Of a stretch of 64,000 nt of DNA, positions 60,481-64,000 are shown piece by piece (within the stretch, counting starts at the first letter, position 1; each line of letters opens with the position of its first letter). The position numbers were made by a program, and so were the translations under genes. This stretch comes from Mobula hypostoma (taxonomy: Eukaryota). The stretch is taken from positions 112,656,001 through 112,720,000 of the forward strand of contig NC_086108.1 in assembly GCF_963921235.1 (NCBI RefSeq). The letters run 5' to 3'. The notes under the pieces are model-generated. The model made no database searches and had not been told where the DNA came from. It saw nothing but the letters and a program-made list of their open reading frames with translations.

Positions 60481-62211
60481 GGGTGTGGACAGTGACATCT
60501 AATCCATCTCTGACTACTATTCTAACCCGTCCCACTCACCCAAACCTGGATTAGAGTCCTCCACCCACTCCCATCCAAACTACTCCGAAGTGCTGAAACT
60601 GAACCCACATTCCCCACTTGGGCTGGCAGCTCGTTGTACACTCTCACCACCCTCTGAGTGAAGGGGTTTCCCTTGTACATTTCACCCTTCACCTCTGACC
60701 TCTAAGGGTTATAAAATAAGGGGCTAGACATCTAATGCAAGGCACTTGGGAAATGCTTCCCCCAAATGGAGGGGAACCTCTGAAATTCTTGGGTAATGGA
60801 GACCCAATCATTCGATTTGTTCCCTTCAAAGTAAAATTATTATCAAGGTACATATACGTCACCATATTAAACTGCAAGATCCATTTTATACGGGCATTCA
60901 CAGTAAATACAAAGAAAACCAATAGAATCAACAAAAGACTGAATCAAAGAAGACGGACAATCAAGATGCAAAAGATAACAAGCTGTGCAAATACACAAAA
61001 AAAAATAATCATAATAAATAAATAAGCAATAAGTATCAACACGAGTCCTTGAAAGTGAGTCCCGTGGGCTTTAGTTCAAGGGCCTGCGGGTTGAGGGGTA
61101 ATAGCTGTTTTTGAACCCAGTGCTGAGAGTTCAAAGGCTCCTGTACCTCCTTCCTGACAGCAGCAGCGAGTAGAGCATGTCCTGGGTGGTGGGGGTCCCT
61201 GATGATGGAGGCTGCTTTCCCGAGACAGCGCTCCTCTAAATGTTTTCAGTGGTGGGGAGAGCTTTCCTGTGACGGACTGGGCTGTATCCACTTCTTGTAG
61301 GCTTTTCCATTCAAGGTCTTTGGCAGTTTCAGACCATGCCAAGGCTTCAAGCAAATTGGCCAAGCTTTTAAATGATCATAAATCTGAACTGAAGGATCCA
61401 GCTTCAATCAGCTAATGTCTTTTCTCCGCAGTGTGTTCAGGAAAAGGCAATGATTATTTTATCTAGAGATTTAGAGATACAGCTTGGAAGGGTCCCTTCT
61501 GGTCCAACAAGCTACACTCCCCAGCAAACCACCTACTTACCCCTAATTGTAGACAATTTAAAATGACAAATTAGCCTACGAAGCAGTATGCCTCGAAGCT
61601 GTGGAAAGAAACAGCTGCATCCAGAGCAAAGTCATGCGGTCACGTGGAGAATGTACAAATTCTTCACACAACAGTGGAGGGAATCGAACCCAAGTCTCTG
61701 GCACTGTAATTTTCTTATGCATACGACAATGCTACTGTGCCCCCACCCCCACAGATTATGCTCACTAGAGCTCTCTGCCACGAACACGCCTGCACATGAA
61801 GTGGGGCCATTCGGTCCACTATCCTATCCCATCATTCGATGTGATCATGGCTGATTTGCCATAGGCCTCATCTCCTCTTCTGTTCCAGTTCGCAACCCTC
61901 GCTTTCAGCCCCCTGATCTGTCAAACATTGCAAGTTCAAGCTCAAGTTAAACACACCACGTATACAGCCAAACAAAACATTGTTTCTCTGGGGCCAAGAT
62001 GGAAAACACCATACATAGAGTCACACATACAACATATAGCTATGATCCAGCACGTACAGTCACAAAATAATATTAGCACAAGTCCCTGAGTGAAGACCGA
62101 TGGGTTGACGCAAAATGTGAGATGCATTTTATGTAAGACATTACAATGTCACTGACATTATTATAATAAAACAAAGTCATATAAATATGTTTCCTTAAAG
62201 CTGTCATAGAC

Positions 62212-62775
62212 AAGGGGTGGTATCAGAGATGAACTCCCATTTCCTATTAAATGCTCCCTATGGTGTGCATCTCAAGTAGCCTCCGGCAACCAAGTCAAGT
62301 TCCTGGCCTTCAGGTCTGGCTTAGCTACCAAGCCCGGAGAAATTGTTTCTACTGACAGAAGTAGCAAAAGCAGGAAACTGGCACTTAAAACCAGTCCCTT
62401 CAAGAAGATGGGCCTCTTCAGCTGTGGTTGGCAGCTCATCTAGAAGGGAAACTCTGACCTTAAACCTCCACTGCCTTGTGGCTTTACCCAATCATGAGGA
62501 AGGCTTCGGCAGTAAACCTGCAGAAAAATCCGGAGCTGGAGTCCCTAAGGCAGTTCTACGTTGAGTTCAACGCTGACTGGCAACTCCTGCGATGCTGCTG
62601 GTACCAAACTGTATCGGTCTCTGCCGTTCCTTTGGGTTCAGCAGATACGTGGACAGAGAGAGAGAGAGAGAGTTTGCTGCATGTGTGTCAGCTTGCTCTC
62701 CATATCGTCTCGTCCTGGCTTGCACATCTAGACAGATAGGATGCAACAACCATGGTTAACCCAGACCGATGGAGA
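62212..62775 (+). mobile_element. RTE-like 5'-UTR-derived non-autonomous element
   Basis: cctattaaatgctccc...tagcctc..caaccaagtc..ctggccttca..tggcttagctaccaagccc resembles recalled RTE 5' UTRs; no ORF. Confidence 0.45.
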
Positions 62776-63245
62776 CCTCCAATAAATACATCAAACAGCA
62801 GTAATAAAAGATGTAGGGTGCCCAGTGTAGGATGTCCATGAGTCAGGGAGTGGAAGAGGAACAGCAGGACATTCAAATAGGGTATTCTCTCCCTCCCCTT
62901 TTAATCAACGATTCAATCTTCACACCGAGGTGAAGAATTCCACACATTCATCAGCTGATGAGAAGTTCCCCTTGCTTAAAGACCGGTTTTACTTGAGGGG
63001 AGCGGAATGTATAAGTGTGGTGTCTACTTAACCTGTTGATTTAACCCCAGCCTAATCAACTGGTAATTTGATTCTACTAGCCCATACGTCTTTGGACAGA
63101 GAGAGGAAACTGGAGCACATGGAGGAAATCCGTGTGATGAATGGGAGGAACACACAAATTCCTTACGGTCAGCACTGGAATTGAACCCCGAACTCCAGAG
63201 TGCCTGGGCTGTAAAAGCTTTGTATTATCCATCGCGCTACCATGA

Positions 63246-63343
63246 CGCCGTCCAATCCATCGCGCTCCCGCAGCGCCATCCAATCCATCGCGCTCCCGCG
63301 GCGCCGTCCAATCCATCGCGCTCCCGCAGCGCCATCCAATCCT
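63246..63343. repeat. 28-bp CpG-rich tandem repeat (~3.5 units) at a SINE end
   Basis: cgccgtccaatccatcgcgctcccgcag. Confidence 0.85.
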
Positions 63344-64000
63344 CCCTTTCAGGAACTCGAAGGCACCACATTATAGTGAAGGAAAATCAGTATTCTGATG
63401 CAATGCAATGCAATAGACTAAAATTAGCAGCAAAGCCTCAAGAGTTTGTTATGTCCTTGGTTTTATTACAGGTGGAGGGGAGAGGCAAGACTTGCTCAAG
63501 CTACTTTGAAAAAATTAAGGCTGTGTCATTTCTCTCCCCGACTGCTGGTCTTGCTCAAATTACCCTGCTGCTCTCCATGCTGGAGCAGAGAGTCAGAAAG
63601 TAACACATTGGGCAATTCCATACTACCGAGAGCATGAGTCAAAAGGAAAGAGATCTGAAACATTTTCTCATAAAATGATTGTGAAATCCACCAGTGAATT
63701 GATATTTGATTTCATTAAACCTTTCTGATATGGGTCAGTGAAACCTCCAGTCAGAACTCTGCTTCACCTTCAGTCCATGATATATCTGGATGTTGATTTA
63801 ATAATGACAGTTATTGACACAACCTCATTTACCCAACACGGATAAATTCCTCTGTGAATCAAAGACATGCTGTTTCACAATGGTGCTTTATTTTGTTTCT
63901 TTTACTCAACACTCCTTGCATTCTCTCTAAAATGACCTCAACGGCCTCTCAAAACATTCTGTGTCCTGCCACACACCTGTGATGGAGTCCTCCTTTACCT

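Noticed and set aside
58294..63600. Further plus-strand acceptor-led open segments (about 58294 and about 63472)
   Set aside because: Weak donors, no recognisable protein, no consistent gene model

Overview
Eukaryotic DNA, AT-leaning and saturated with transposons, with no confidently identifiable host gene. The repeat set (V-SINE/HE1-like SINEs, CR1 LINEs, Rex1/Babar tails, Neptune-type Penelope-like elements) best fits a cartilaginous fish, probably a ray; this is an inference. All long ORFs are retroelement proteins: PLE RT + GIY-YIG, CR1 ORF1/ORF2 and Rex1/Babar RT C-termini. The most notable system is a young Penelope-like family. (i) It carries a minimal type-I hammerhead ribozyme motif (agtc-CTGACGA-agggtctcggccc-GAAACGTC-gact) about 295 nt downstream of its stop codon; about 18 intact or decayed copies of the motif occur in the window. 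(ii) It has inserted three times as head-to-head fold-back structures, each bounded by one 12-14 bp target-site duplication. In each, one arm carries the full 3' end and the other stops at the same internal site (GATGTGTGT). Also present: a Tigger/pogo element resembling mammalian MER46C with an internal MER2/Tigger3-like block, Tc1- and hAT-like MITEs, a solo LTR, RTE-derived non-autonomous elements, a Tx1/L1 tail, several minisatellites and an RFX X-box next to a TATA-like motif. Family names come from recalled motifs, not from database searches. Boundaries of old fragments are approximate.
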